Shown: one piece after another, positions 1 through 13,673 of the stretch
Numbering within the stretch: the stretch's first letter is position 1
How the letters are laid out: the number at the start of each line of letters is the position of its first letter
Source of the DNA: Sphaeroforma arctica JP610
Lineage: Eukaryota
NCBI RefSeq assembly: GCF_001186125.1
Contig: NW_014040510.1
Location: forward strand, 1-53,537
Length of the DNA stretch: 53,537 nucleotides
Reading direction: 5' to 3'
Translations under genes and position numbers: made by a program
Notes under the pieces: generated by a model
Databases searched by the model: none
Told to the model about the DNA's origin: nothing
Seen by the model: the letters and a program-made list of their open reading frames with translations, nothing else

Positions 1-86
1 TGTGTGTGTGTGTGTGTGTGTTTGTGTTGTGTGTGTGTGTGTGTGTGTATGTGTATTGTGTGTTGTGTGTGTGTGTGTGTGTATGT
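1..86. repeat. (TG)n microsatellite
   Basis: Direct TG dinucleotide run with interruptions. Confidence 0.95.
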
Positions 87-1694
87 ATCATAGGTGTATA
101 AAGAGAACGGCATCAATTGCCTGCTGTGTTGCCGCCGAGATAGATGCGTTTGTCCACTGTGTAGGTCTGCAAAGCCACTGTCGCCGGAAAATAACTCATC
201 GAAGAATACCTTATCGCTAATTAAACGAAAAGGGCTGGTGATCCTTTTCAATATCCACGAATTAATATCTGACATCCCACCTCCATAATATGCAATGACG
301 GCTTCACGATTCAAAAGATGACCAGCCATTGAATCTAGTTGAAAGAGCCCTTTACATTTGTAGAGCTTCTACGAAGGTATGAGTTCGAACTGTATTACGT
401 GCGATTTAAACAGCACGGGCTGAGATACAAGCATACTGTGAGGATGCTGTCTCACACTACTGGACAGCAAGCCATACAGTTAAGTGTTTGTGACACTGTT
501 TCTAGTGACTATCGATCTCCCACAAAATTATTTCCTGGCATCGCACAACATAAAGGCTTCGTACCACTCTTATTACTGCATTAAATGCACCCTACTACAC
601 GCTTGCCACTCCAGATTGTAGTTGGATGATAGAATCAATCTTCGTCCTTAAGAGATAATGGCGTCGACCTCAGGGATGATTTTTAAACATTGTATAGTGC
701 GAGTTACAATATGAATAATCATTTCACTATATTGATTATAAACCCCGTATGATCGCACATTAAGACCGTTTAATACACGACGTCATCTGCCACACATCGA
801 CAGACGACAAATATCGACTGCAGAGTCAAGACATAAATATATAAAATATATATAAATGTCTAATTTAGAAGGCTATGATAAATATAGGATTAAAATTTTG
901 TGCCATATGTCAAAGTGACAACTGATACAACTCATATACATTTGATGGGGTGTGGCGTTCACAAAACAATCTAAAGATCTCAAATATTAGTATTTCATTG
1001 GGGTAGACGTTTGCGCGCCAAACAGATTTGAAAAATCATTTACAACTAATACAGATTTTGTTGTAAACTCTATAGTCATCTCTATACAATCGACTTATTT
1101 ACAACGGTATTTTGAAACATTGTTGTTACGAATACCTACAGGGGTAAATGGGATTCGACTGATTTGACCTTTTTTGGGTCGACACAAAGCCCCTCTATAA
1201 ATATAATTGATATAATGAAACTACGATCGACGAAAAGTTAATGATATAGTAAAATTATAGGACGCTAATGAGATAGTTCTATATATGTTATCACAAGCAC
1301 CTGCAAGTAAGATACGCGCGTCAACATCATATAGAGAAGATAATATTAGGTATGCATATGTTGAGAGAAGCGTAGCAGAATCTCTTCTGTCATTCGCGTA
1401 TTATCAATGTTTGTACGTCTTGTGGTGTATTAAGTGTGCCAATGAAGTTTGCTTCCATGATCATACTTTATGATATTTTGGTACGATTCTTACATGAATC
1501 AGGAAGTCTAAGCAGCATTCGAGGGGTGTTGCCGAACAAATAGATCGTTCAATCTCATACTTCGATCATAATAAAACGTATACTGTATTTTGTTAGCACA
1601 GGCGCACTTAAACCCAATAGGAGTCGCTAATATGTCATTAAGCAGGTGCCACAAAGTAAATATAATGGAATATATTAGTAACCATGTAGCCAAG

Positions 1695-1728
<34 letters not shown>

Positions 1729-2601
1729 AAGGTATATACATATATGTATAAAAATATACATATATATATATATATAGGTGTGTGTGTGTGTGTATATATA
1801 TATATATTGTGAGTGTGTGTAAATGATATATATATATATGTATATATTGTGTTTGTGTGTGTAAATGTATAAATATATATATATATCTATATATATATAT
1901 ATGTATGTGTATATATACATATACATACCTAGATATATATATNNNNNNNNNNNNNNNNNNNNATGTATCGTATGTTATATTATAGTTACTTATTATACTT
2001 AGTACTTAGTACGTATATAAGTTATATATTACTATGTGGTGTTAGTGTATTAGTATATATATCACTATATATTAGTATATCGTAGTAATAATATATTTTG
2101 TGTAGTATATTATATATATATATATACATGTATGTATGTACATATATATATACATATGTATGTGATATGTATATATGTATAATTATATATATATATATAT
2201 ATATGTATAATTATATATATATATATATATGTATAATTATATATATATATATATGTATATATGTATAATTATATATATATGTATAATTATATATGTATAA
2301 TTATATATTTATATATATATATATGTATAATTATATATATATATAAATATATCTATATATATGTGCATATCTATATATATATGTTTATACATATGTGTAA
2401 TTATATATATAAATATATCTATATATTATATATGTATATGGTGTATGTCGGTGTTTTTTTGTTCGATATATATATACATATATATGTATATGGTGTATGT
2501 GTGTGTTTTTTTGTTCGATATATACATATATGTATAAATATATATATATATATATAGTTAGGTTTAGGAATATACGTAACACATTTACATACACATGTAC
2601 A

Positions 2602-2632
<31 letters not shown>

Positions 2633-2726
2633 GCATGTGTATGTGTGTGTTGTGAATATAAATATACTTGTATGTATATATATTATCGTAAATATATATT
2701 AGCGCATATATATATATATATATTAT
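1695..2726. repeat. Compound (TA)n/(TG)n low-complexity region containing an N gap at 1943-1962
   Basis: Runs visible directly; overlapping YI/HT-rich ORFs are artefacts. Confidence 0.95.
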
Positions 2727-3283
2727 AGTTGCTACTGGTATGGCTCCCTCAGTTATATATACGCTTGCGCAAGTAAAATACATTGGATACGTTTTTCCAG
2801 CCATGGTTGCACTTGGTAGAATTATCGTATAAGCGTGTGCAAGGAGCTGTTGATCTGTACCTCTCGTTGTTTCGATTTCAACGGAAACATATGCGTCGCC
2901 ATCACGGCCCTTGTAAGTCCCTACACCTTAGTAGATGTATTGTTTGGCGGGTTTTCGTAAAAGATAAAGTGATCGTGCACCGCATTTGGGCACGCATCTA
3001 CACGCTTCTAAACTTTTGGATTTTGGATTTTGACTATTAAAAAAATCTTCAAATCTACACTGCTGATTGTGAAACCCCCCGAAGCTACGTATATACACCA
3101 TACAAATTGACATGATTGACTGATCTCTCAACACTATATCAGGTGTACACACATAACAACATATGGCCGTTAGGCCCTTAAACAAGTGAGCCTCACAACA
3201 TTTGAGAATCTAATACTCCTGCTTTCTTTTTCCCTGTTATATGGCGCTTGATGATTGGTAGAGTTGTATAGTAGACCGCCAAC

Positions 3284-6177
3284 ATGGGACAGGATCGTCT
3301 AGCCATCTTTCCCACGCGCATGGCGCTGACCACCATCAAACTGCGTTTGAAAGGTGCGGAGAAAGGTCACAGTTTATTGAAGAAAAAAGCCGACGCCCTC
3401 AGTTTGCGCTTTCGGTACGTGTTTTTTCCCTTAAATTTCTGATAGCATTGTTGCTTCTGGGCTGATCTCTGATTATGGCAGATTAATTTGGGGAATATGG
3501 GTGCATGGCCCTGTGGTTGTGAGAGGATATGATCTACGTCGTTTGCTTTGTGAGCATGCGCACTGTCCCGTTGTATTGCGCGATTGTCCAAGCAGTCGAT
3601 ATCAGAGTAAAATTAGCTTTTGAATTTAATAAATTCGCTTTTGAATTTAATTGCGTACTGGATTGTATATGTGAATCACTGACGACATACTCAAAAACAG
3701 GAGAGAGTATATGGTGCATGCATACAACTTATAACTGTCTGTCCATTGCCATTGTTTAATAGTGCTCTACTGAAGAAGATTATTGAAAACAAAGAGCTCA
3801 TGGGTGATGTTATGAAAGAGGCCTTCTTTTCACTCGCTCAAGCAAACTTCACGGCTGGTGATTTCAGGTACGTTGTGTTCAAATTGTCTTGTATTGGGTT
3901 GCTCAAATTGCTCATTAAGGGCGACTTGGTAGGTGCTACTATAATGTACGAGCCGATAATGTGTTAAATCATGGTCTGGTCATCGGTGCTTCACTGGATT
4001 ATTGCTGGAAAGAGCTTTATAATACCATTACTCAGAAGCTCGAAATTAATATACAATATATCAGCGATGCTCACAAGGTCCATGCGTGAAAAAAATCCTA
4101 AGTATGTAGTGTAAAACGTTCATCACACTATATACAATATGAACGCGCGTATTATTTTTCGATGGGAGATTCCTGGATGGTGTACGGAACTTTTCATCAG
4201 TATATTGTACATGGTATGCGCATGATCATACTGACACGCGTGTTACATCTGCAACGGCTTGCTGACAATTTCTAATCTATCAATTTATATTATCGGCTCG
4301 ATCTACACAGCCGAGGTGTCTATGAGAACGCCAAAGTAGCTGCTATCAAAGTAAAGGCGAAGACAGATAACGTTGCCGGTGTCAAACTACCGGTTTTCGA
4401 ATACACCCATGCTGGAGATGATGGTATGTGGACAAGGCATGAAATCAGCGATGTAGTGATGCTGATGGCGAAAGCTGCGTCCAATTTTAAGGCATCAAAT
4501 CTGTTTGAGTTCATGTGAAAATTATCTATCCAAATGGCACTATATATTTCATTGGAGCATCATCCTGTTTCTATCGATGTTCTTCTATAACACTGCCATA
4601 ACATGTCGCCCTTTTCTGTAGTTTTCAGTCTCACGGGTCTCGGACGTGGAGGAAAGAATATTTCTGACTGCAAAGAGGCTTTCAAGAAGGCGTGTGAATT
4701 GCTGGTGAATCTCGCGTCATTGCAGACTTCATTTGTCACTCTCGACGAAGTGATCAAGGTTTGTTTCAGGATTGGCATATTTTGTTGAACTGTTGACGCG
4801 CTCGATGTTCGTGTACCCTATCTGTGTGTTACCCTACAAGTTACTCATCTATGGATGTTAGCTGCCCACTAAGCTTGAATGTGTTAGTTAGGCCGTGTTC
4901 GTATATACCCATGTCGCCACGAATATTGATATCGCATAAGTGTAGTATTCGTCTTCCCGATTGCGGTGACACTAGTCTGAATTTTTCCAGGGTCGCGCGC
5001 AACACATAAATTAATAAGCATCCCTTCCTTCTTTGATAAATTTACTTGTTTTCCTTCACTACTCAATCCTAACAGGCCACGAATCGACGTGTAAACGCTA
5101 TCGAGTACGTGATTATCCCACGTCTCCAAAACACTGTGGATTTTATTGTGTCTGAGCTGGATGAGTTGGAGAGGGAAGAGTTTTTCCGTCTGAAGAAGGT
5201 CCAAAATAAAAAGAAGGAGGTGAAGAAAGCTCAGGCTCTTAAAGAGGCTGAGGCTGCGGAGGCGGCTGGTAGGTGGAACACGGCATTGATGTTTTTATCG
5301 AGTCCCGTTCCCAAGCATCGAGGCGAGAGCTTCTTTGTGCGGCGGTATCGTCTATGTGTTTTTTTCATCGGTATTTAAATGCTGAGTGTTCCTCTTTTGG
5401 TCGGCTGCCTCGTACGAGTGCATTTGTGACACACACACATGTCAAATCAGATCGCTGGAAGCGTCTCGCGAGTCAAATAGTGTATTGTCTTTTAATGTAG
5501 GTTATTCTTTTAAAATACGACATCGACAAACTTGGGGGTTGCCACTGGCGTTTACCACTTATTTTTGATATCCAAGCCGCGTAGAATTCTAGGGTCTCAA
5601 ATGCTCCGTTTTGCACTATTGCCCATTAGTGTCTGTAAAAACGTATCTAAATTTGATTCTTTGAGTGATCAAGAAATTTAAAGATATTTGTTGCATATAA
5701 TTAAAAGGCAAGACTTTGCATTTATGCCTGCTTATATCCATATCCATGTACATGTGTGTTACTGTCAATACGTATACATACATACATGGGTACACGCGTA
5801 GAATATCTAATATAGACATGTACGTATATATATCTATATATATATACATACATATACTTGTATATACAGATCACACATACACTTACACTTACATATACCA
5901 CGTATATATATATATATATAACATATGTTGTTAGTGTATGTGTTCTGCATAAGGCCATGCTTATGCTTTGCTTATGTATGTATATATATATATATTCATG
6001 TTGATAAACACGTATGCATGTGGAAAAAATTCTGTTTACTATATAAATTGATAGACATGCATCCATGTAGACATTCAATACACTAACAAAAGGAACCTTC
6101 TTTTTCATGCAGATGGGGTAACGGGACAAGCATCGAGTATGCTGACAACGGAGGACGATGCTGATATACTCTTCTAA
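3284..6177 (+). CDS. ATP6V1D: V-type proton ATPase subunit D (6 exons, about 247 aa)
   Basis: Exons 3284-3414, 3763-3867, 4311-4423, 4622-4758, 5076-5268, 6113-6177, all GT-AG and frame-consistent (744 nt). Motifs: [69 protein letters not shown]-terminal EDDADILF*. Confidence 0.96.
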
Positions 6178-7719
6178 AGTGTTCTTGAAAAAGGCTATAC
6201 GAATCATCAAAAAAATATTAAATCACGAAACAACAGTCTAATTAAGTATGTAAAGTAGGGTCGAGGGCATGTCTTGGTTACCCATTTTTCCTATAGTAGT
6301 AATTGAATAGTCCTATTCTTGTGCATTTCTTGGCTTATATTTAGCACAAATGTGGCAATCTATTACTAACTTTACAGGGTAACAGATGCGTCTCTCGCTA
6401 TTTTGCAACTTTTACAGGAGAGTTTGGTTTGTTCGTCGTTTCTTTACCCTGTGGGGATGTACACCAATTGAAAGCTTCGTTTGAACCTTCCGACGCTCAT
6501 ATTGTCTATTGATTAGGCATATCTGACATCGCTAGTAGCATAACACCAAATTAGAAACCCTTTTTACGTTAAAAAAAATCACCGACTTTCTAGTGTTTGC
6601 AAGTTTCAGAATTGTGAATTGGCAAGTCTGTTCGCTGTCTGTGCTACTCTGCAACCCGCCTCCAGAAAACTCAGGATTTCAAAATTATAAGCAGCAGTGT
6701 GACGGTTAGTACTAGTTTCTATTTAATCGTCATCGCGAACGAGCCTTGATCGCATTTACCAGAAATTTTTACACGGATATGAGATGCTTCGTGAGGGTAT
6801 TGAGGCACTTCATTTTGTTACATACGCGCGTTCGAGATGAAAGTATATCATTTGTAAGTGCAAAACCCATGCACTTCAATATTTGCCCACGCTATCCAAA
6901 ATTGCTGCTGAGCATGCAACAAGAATCAAATGCAAACCGGTAACTACAAGCAGTTTACATCGCCTAATCGGAGTGAACCAGTTGCGTCTCATTCTTGGCG
7001 TTTGACTGGCTTTCCTGTCTGCAACTTTCTGTAGCACACCAACGATGTGAGCGCAAAGAGAGGTTATGACCCAACGGTAGCATAGACGTGACCATTAAGT
7101 AGCGAATACCGATAACATGGCACCTGAGATACACTAGTCTTACTATTTACATTTCTATATAGCTCAAAATAGCTATCGTGTGAGATATAAATGCATAGCT
7201 ATCGTGACTATCTAGTAGTGTAAGGGTGTAGACTGTATACAGTGTAGACTGTAGTAGACTGTAGGCTAGTACAATGGTACTTTTAAAAATAAATAGTAGC
7301 TCAGTTCTCATCTCAAAGTGGCAAACCCCCGCCAAAACCGAGCATTTTAGGAAATAATAATAAAAGATGTTCTATTTATAGATTCACTTTTTACTTGCTG
7401 TGAGTTGGCCTTCTGCTCATTGCGAAAGAGGAACTAGTCACCTATTTTATTTTATGTTATTTCGTGGTTCGGTCGTACATTATTTATGTACTGTCGAAAT
7501 AATACCATATTAAAAACACAATTCGATATTATTCCACATTTCAACGCAAGAGTCATTCGGAGTAAATTTAGTTCAGGAGCGTATACATATATGAACAGCT
7601 AGTCGCGCATACCGGAAATCACACATTTACACGCACCCATTCATCCATACACATAAAAATATCTAAATATCTTTTTAAATAGCGTCAATTGCATCAAATA
7701 CCATACCATAATATTCATC

Positions 7720-9646
7720 ATGTTGAGAGCAGTGTCTATGATTCGTGCTACTAATGTCTCGGCTGTTGGTTCAGCTATCAATCGACTAGCTACCGCACGC
7801 TACCACGACTCGGTATGTCTTGAACATATATGTTGCATGTGGTCATGTTATAAGATTCTTTCGGTTGCCTCAGTTTTTATATCAGGTTTCAGAACCGATT
7901 TTTATTCTTGTCGGCCACTAAATTACAAAGTATAAAATAAGTCGTTAAAACCCGCGACTGATAGACGCCTTTGGCGAGAGTGGTCACTTGCTCGCCTGTG
8001 AATAACGTTGAAACTCGTGCTTATGCGTTTTGTTGATGCCTGGCCAAGTTGTAATAATCTTGTTCCTGTACATAAGCGTTGACATGAACTCTTAGTGGTA
8101 TCCTTGTTCTGGAGAGTGTGTGTTTCCATCTATTCTTTATGAATTAAGACGAACCAGCGCATATTCTCCACCGTTTTGCCATATGATTGTAGGTTTGATG
8201 TCTGTAACTGTGGAGTGTGCATGAATATTGTACTCTCGTTAGGCTGAACGATCAACATTGGTTAGATCTTACCATCTGGAATGTCCTCTAACCCCTCAAC
8301 ATTTTTCAAGACCTCCTTAATATGTGGTCCATGTGTATATCAGAGTAGCACTTGTTCACTCAATGGTGGTTTTGTACTTAAATTTCCCAATTTTCTCGCA
8401 CTGTACACACTGTGTAGCTGTAGATTATGTCACACTGCTTTAGATTTTGGTACTTTCATCACCATCACTGTTGTTCGTCGGCTTACTTTTTGTTATTAAC
8501 TTTTAACACATTGGTGTACGGACTCTGGGGTCATGACTATTCGGTCGAATATACGAGTCATTGACTGTAGGTGATTAACATACGCAAAGCTTAGCGTTAT
8601 GATTGATTTAGTATCTCCTGTGTTTATCTCGCGTTTTCTGATGTTGAGCTAATTGCTTTTACAGTGTAAGTGCGAAGGGCCATGCAGAGTTTGTGTTGGT
8701 CATAACATTTTATATTGTGACTATGTATGTGCTTGCTTTCCTTGAATAGTGTAGCGGCACCCAGGCGTACATTCGTATGTGCTTTTAGGTGCTTTTCTGC
8801 GATATATGCCGTGTGCACCCGTATTTAGCTGTTGTTATACTTATGAGCTGGCACTGGCATACTTTCTTTGATAAAGGTAATTGATCATTACGAGAAGCCC
8901 CGCAATGTTGGCTCGATGGACAAGAAGGCCTTGAACGTTGGCACGGGTCTTGTTGGTGCCCCTGCCTGTGGAGATGTCATGAAACTACAAATTTTGGTAG
9001 ACGACGATGGTAACATTAAGGACGCTAAGTTCAAGACATTCGGATGTGGTTCGGCCATCGCGTCTAGTTCTCTCGCCACCGAGATGATCAAGGGCATGAG
9101 TCTAGAAACTGCTGGTGCAGTCAAGAACGCCGACATTGCGAAAGAGCTGCGTCTGCCCCCTGTCAAGATTCACTGTTCACGTATGTGCTATGTGTCATGT
9201 GTTAAGCTCTATGTCAATGCTTGATACCCTAGGTGAACGATTTGTGTTTGCATATTTTGTAGTATAAATTGCATATTGTTGGCCAATTAATCATTGGGGC
9301 CCGACGTGTGTATCGGAGTTGTTTTCACCCAGCCAATGTCTGCATTCTTGACTTCCTCAATCCCGACATTTTTTTTTGAATTTATCCCATCTGCGTTGCG
9401 CATTTATGCTATCTGCGTTGCAATCGTGTTTGGTCTCACACTTTTACTTCTACCCTTTTTATCTGACTCCCCTTGTGCTAGCATATTCGATTTAGTCCGT
9501 TCATTCACTATAGTGATGTACTCATTTAGCCTTTCTATTGTTATTATATGCCTTCAGTTCTGGCTGAAGACGCTGTGAAGGCGGCCATCAAGGATTACAA
9601 GCAGAAGCTGGCAAAAAAACAAGAACGTGAGGCCGCTTCTGCTTAA
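7720..9646 (+). CDS. ISCU: Mitochondrial Fe-S cluster scaffold protein IscU (3 exons, about 161 aa)
   Basis: Exons 7720-7812, 8877-9180, 9558-9646 (486 nt). Arg/Ser/Ala-rich presequence, then YHDSVIDHYEKPRNVG, GAPACGDVMKLQI, FKTFGCGSAIASSS, LPPVKIHCSLLAEDA. Confidence 0.97.
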
Positions 9647-10920
9647 TTTGGCAAAGGAGTGTATAGTTAAGCCAATAGGCGCGCTGTGTGGCCAGTTTCA
9701 ACAAGTCCGGTTTCGGGCTGATTGATAAGCAAGACGGCAGTAGTAGCTGTAGTATCTTTCTTTATAATTTAAGATTTTGACTGTATATGTGCAAACTGGA
9801 CAGTGCCAAGCTATTTGCGAGTCTGAGGGTTCCATAGCCGTATCCGTGCTTTTTTTGCTCATTAATTGAGCTTCGCAGCATGTTGTTTATCGCGTATTCG
9901 TACGAACGGTCGCGATCTGCTAGCCGAAAACTGAAGATTGACGTGTAGAGATCAGATTGTAACATCTGCCAACACGTAGCTGGCTATCAACTCTGCCAGT
10001 GATTCAGGCGAGATAAAGCCTGACAAGTTCATCAACAATAAACATTTGTACGCGAACCTGCGTTTTTTTTGTGTTTTTTTTTGCCTTCGTAAATTCCACT
10101 GTATCTTTGGAGACAATCATTGTTTTCGATGTGCAAGCCTGTGTAGTATACTGTGGATCAAAATACCATGTCGGAAGTCCGGTCAAATAATAAAATATGA
10201 GATTTTCCCGATGAAACTTGAAGTCAACATTATTATAGTCATACGATCTCGACCATAATCAGCGAATTACCTGCCATGAGGTGAATGTCGTCGGATTTAT
10301 ATAGCATCGATCATCAAGCGTTGGAATACAACCGAAGCGACGGTCGGAAACCCTGACATGTGCGAGACTTCCGGCCCGCCATGAGGATGTTGAGCTTAGG
10401 CAAAGCTAGATGTCCTGCTTTGTACAATATGCAAATCTTCGAAGATGGATTATATGGGAGACAAATGCAAAACAGAGTAGTGCTTGACGAACCTGTACGA
10501 CACATACAGCCTCCCTCTCCGGAAGTAGAACTATATGAAGGATGGGAAATAAAACATCTCGAATTTGATCAGCCAGCACTAGTATTTAAAAGTGGCTCGG
10601 CAACTATTTACAGGGCCGAAAACAGGTGTACGAACTCATCATCATGGAGAATGTGTGGCTTAACTTCAACACAAACTTCTGTAGTTAGCATATCAACCAG
10701 GCGCACTTGTAGAGGAAGTAACGTAGCACGATACATCCAACACAAACTCAAACTGTGCTATTGTCATCGCAGCTTCCTTTGATGTCCCTAAATTTTATTC
10801 CCGAGAGCTGCACAAACTAGTAATATATAATACGCAGAAACTAGCAAACGTATCCTCTCTAATCATCGTGTTCTCTTGTGATACAGCTACTCAGAATCAA
10901 TATCTCCTGGATTTTGTAGC

Positions 10921-13143
10921 CTATTCCTCATCGGCGATGTCCTCTTCTTCAAGAGCGTTGATTCTTCTCTCTTCAGTATCCCCACCCAACAACATAAGAA
11001 CGCCCACGCACACGAGCAAACATACTAGCAGCGCCAACCACGGGCTGTACCAACTAGGGAAGAACCCTAATGGCATGAAGCCGAAGACTAAGGACACAAG
11101 ACCAACCAATGCAGCGTATGGGAAGGTTGTCTCAAAATGTGACCCCACTTCGCAACCCGCAGACATGGACGAAAGTATAGTAAGATCAGCGATGGGACTA
11201 CAATGGTTGCCGAACAGAGACCCTCCCAAGATGGCACTGGTCGCGAGTAGCATGACATGTTCGTCATTGCCACTCACCTGATATGCCAGTGGGACTGCAA
11301 GAGGGAACAGTACACCCATGGTGCCAAACGATGTACCTGTGGCAAATGAGATCACATAGGCGAACACCGCCACTATGGCTGGCAGCCATTGCACAGAGAT
11401 AGAGGAACCCAGCGCGCTTACCAAGTAGTTGGCTGTGTTGAGATCCTGAATCACAGATCCCAGCGCCCATGCGAGAAGTAGTACCAGGGTTGGCTCCAAC
11501 ACATCCTTCACACCCTCTACCCAAGAGTCTATGATGGCACTAAGGCTCAGCAGCTTCTGTGCTGTGTACATTATGGCTGCCACTACGCAACCCAGCACTG
11601 AGGCCCAGTATAAGGCGGACACTGAGTTGGCACTCGACACAATTGCGATGATGTCGTGCGAACCGCCCGCGGGAATCTTGATATACCCATCGTACACAAT
11701 ACCTACCATAGTGGCCACAATCACCGTTCCAAACGGTAAGACAGCGTTTATAACACGCTCAGGCTTGCGCTTAGCCAATGCAGGAATGTCCTCATCTGAA
11801 TTGTCATCACTAACGATTGGGCTGTTACCACCGCTCTCCCCATCGTCTGTGCTAAAACTACCAGACGGAACTGATGTAAGTAATCTATTTGGGTCGCTTC
11901 CCCCATTGATACTATCTCTTCTAATAAGCTTGTGGAAATTTTTCTCGGCTGTCGCCATAGGCCCGAAGTCTTTTCCCAGGGCGATCACGGCTAGCGCAAA
12001 GAAAATGCTAATAATCGGATAGATTCTGTAAGGAATAGTTTTCATGAGCACCAGAAATGCGTTCTGGTCGACACCTAGTAGCTTGTACTGTTGTTGGAGG
12101 TAACCTAACTCCACACCTATCCAAGACGATACGGGCGTCATAGAAGCCATCTGAGCACAAGTGTGGATTATATATGCAAACTTTTCTGGAGACATGCGTA
12201 TGGACCGTGTGATAGGCCTGAGAGAATTACCGGTGATCAACACACAGCTATAGTCGTCGTAAAAGATACCTACGCCCAAGAACCAGCACATCAACTGCCC
12301 TCGCTTAGGTGTAGATGCTACCTTCACACATTGTCTCGCTAACCCCAGAGCACCGCCACTTTTCTGCACAAGACCTATCAAACCCCCCAGGAAGAAGGTG
12401 AAAAGGATTACGTTCGCATGGCCGTCCGACATAAACGCATTCGAGACGTATTCGTCAAAGGTACGCATAAAGGCGATGACCACGTTGTACTCGTACAACC
12501 AGATGCAGCCCACCCAGACACCTATAGTTAGTGCAATCATCACTTGTCTCAGGGCAACCGAAATTACCAAGGTGACCAGTGGTGGCAACATTGATAACCA
12601 AGCAGGAATCGAGTATGTACGCTGAGAGACCTCGGGCAAACCCTCAACTTTCACCTTAATAAAGCCGACACCGAAGTCATCGAACACGATGCCTTCCAAA
12701 CTATGTGTAAGAATAGGTAAGTTATAATGTTTATCTAAATTGGAAGTATTCAGTGTAAAACGCATAGAGTGCGTGACCACCCCTTTGCTGATAACATCAA
12801 GCATGACGGGCACATGCGCATCCCACACCTGCATTCGTTCATCTTGAGCTGGTAAGTCTATGCTGATTGCTGTGCTCACACCCGCGAGGAAAACTTTGGG
12901 AAGTGTTAGATTAGCTTTGGCTGGGTGGCGCAATATAGGCTCCCATAATTCTCCACTTATGCCATTAGAATGTTCTGTCAAGTTCTGAACGCTTGAGCCA
13001 CTGAGCTGTGTGCGCAAAAGACCCTCGTCGGCACCGAGATCTTGTGCCAGATTATTATCTGCTAACGTTTCGACTGTAGCTGATACAGGAGTGTGGCATG
13101 CAAGTCCTATTAAGGCACATCGAACTATCCCTTGAAACCTCAT
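10921..13143 (-). CDS. NhaC-family Na+/H+ antiporter-like membrane protein, intronless, 740 aa
   Basis: Single long ORF with many hydrophobic segments; motifs WLSMLPPLV, IFYDDYS, SPEKFAYI, PVSSW, SFATGTSFGTMG and GNHCSPIADLTILSS match the NhaC/ion-transporter family. Signal-peptide-like N-terminus. Confidence 0.88.
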   Translation of the reverse strand: MRFQGIVRCALIGLACHTPVSATVETLADNNLAQDLGADEGLLRTQLSGSSVQNLTEHSNGISGELWEPILRHPAKANLTLPKVFLAGVSTAISIDLPAQDERMQVWDAHVPVMLDVISKGVVTHSMRFTLNTSNLDKHYNLPILTHSLEGIVFDDFGVGFIKVKVEGLPEVSQRTYSIPAWLSMLPPLVTLVISVALRQVMIALTIGVWVGCIWLYEYNVVIAFMRTFDEYVSNAFMSDGHANVILFTFFLGGLIGLVQKSGGALGLARQCVKVASTPKRGQLMCWFLGVGIFYDDYSCVLITGNSLRPITRSIRMSPEKFAYIIHTCAQMASMTPVSSWIGVELGYLQQQYKLLGVDQNAFLVLMKTIPYRIYPIISIFFALAVIALGKDFGPMATAEKNFHKLIRRDSINGGSDPNRLLTSVPSGSFSTDDGESGGNSPIVSDDNSDEDIPALAKRKPERVINAVLPFGTVIVATMVGIVYDGYIKIPAGGSHDIIAIVSSANSVSALYWASVLGCVVAAIMYTAQKLLSLSAIIDSWVEGVKDVLEPTLVLLLAWALGSVIQDLNTANYLVSALGSSISVQWLPAIVAVFAYVISFATGTSFGTMGVLFPLAVPLAYQVSGNDEHVMLLATSAILGGSLFGNHCSPIADLTILSSMSAGCEVGSHFETTFPYAALVGLVSLVFGFMPLGFFPSWYSPWLALLVCLLVCVGVLMLLGGDTEERRINALEEEDIADEE

Positions 13144-13673
13144 GGTTGATGTATAGTTTGTGATGCGATGAAGCTCACCAAACTCCTCTTATCATTGTGA
13201 AAGTTTCACATCTTGCATTGTTATTCGAGCATATATTACGTACATGTGAATTTTTCCAGTGATAATTTTATTCATATTTTCCTGTGTACACAGTAGGATT
13301 TTAGTAGGGGGTTTAAAATTATTTTAGGAGTGTAAAATAAACTAAATATATACAGATTTATTACATAGCGTTCTAAATTGAACACATATTACAGTGATTA
13401 CTATTTACCAGCTTTATCATAACTACTACATGATCGTCACATACAATCACAGGTTATGAGGCACAGTCCTCACGACTGCTATTAATTCTACTTGCACAAG
13501 TGCTTTTTTTAGCACCTTCCGCAGTCAAACCCTCTATGCTAAACAATATAGTTATTATACTGCGTCTATTACTTGAGCTAGCTGCACACTTTCCCTGTTC
13601 CAGTCAGAGGTTGTGAGCAACATGAAGTGCCGAGGGTCACTCGCTATATCTATCTCATCGTCCACTGCACTAA

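Noticed and set aside
90..700. Possibly coding minus-strand stretch (AGHLLNREAVIAYYGGGMSD...)
   Set aside because: Interrupted by stops and no recognisable family.
1508..2804. ORFs rich in YI, HT and CV repeats (also near 2-220, 5616-6000, 17195-17810, 53288-53527)
   Set aside because: Translations of microsatellites or N gaps.
10868..12625. Plus-strand ORFs overlapping the antiporter (similar shadows over ISCU, pol and the ALDH-like gene)
   Set aside because: Antisense shadows of real coding sequence.
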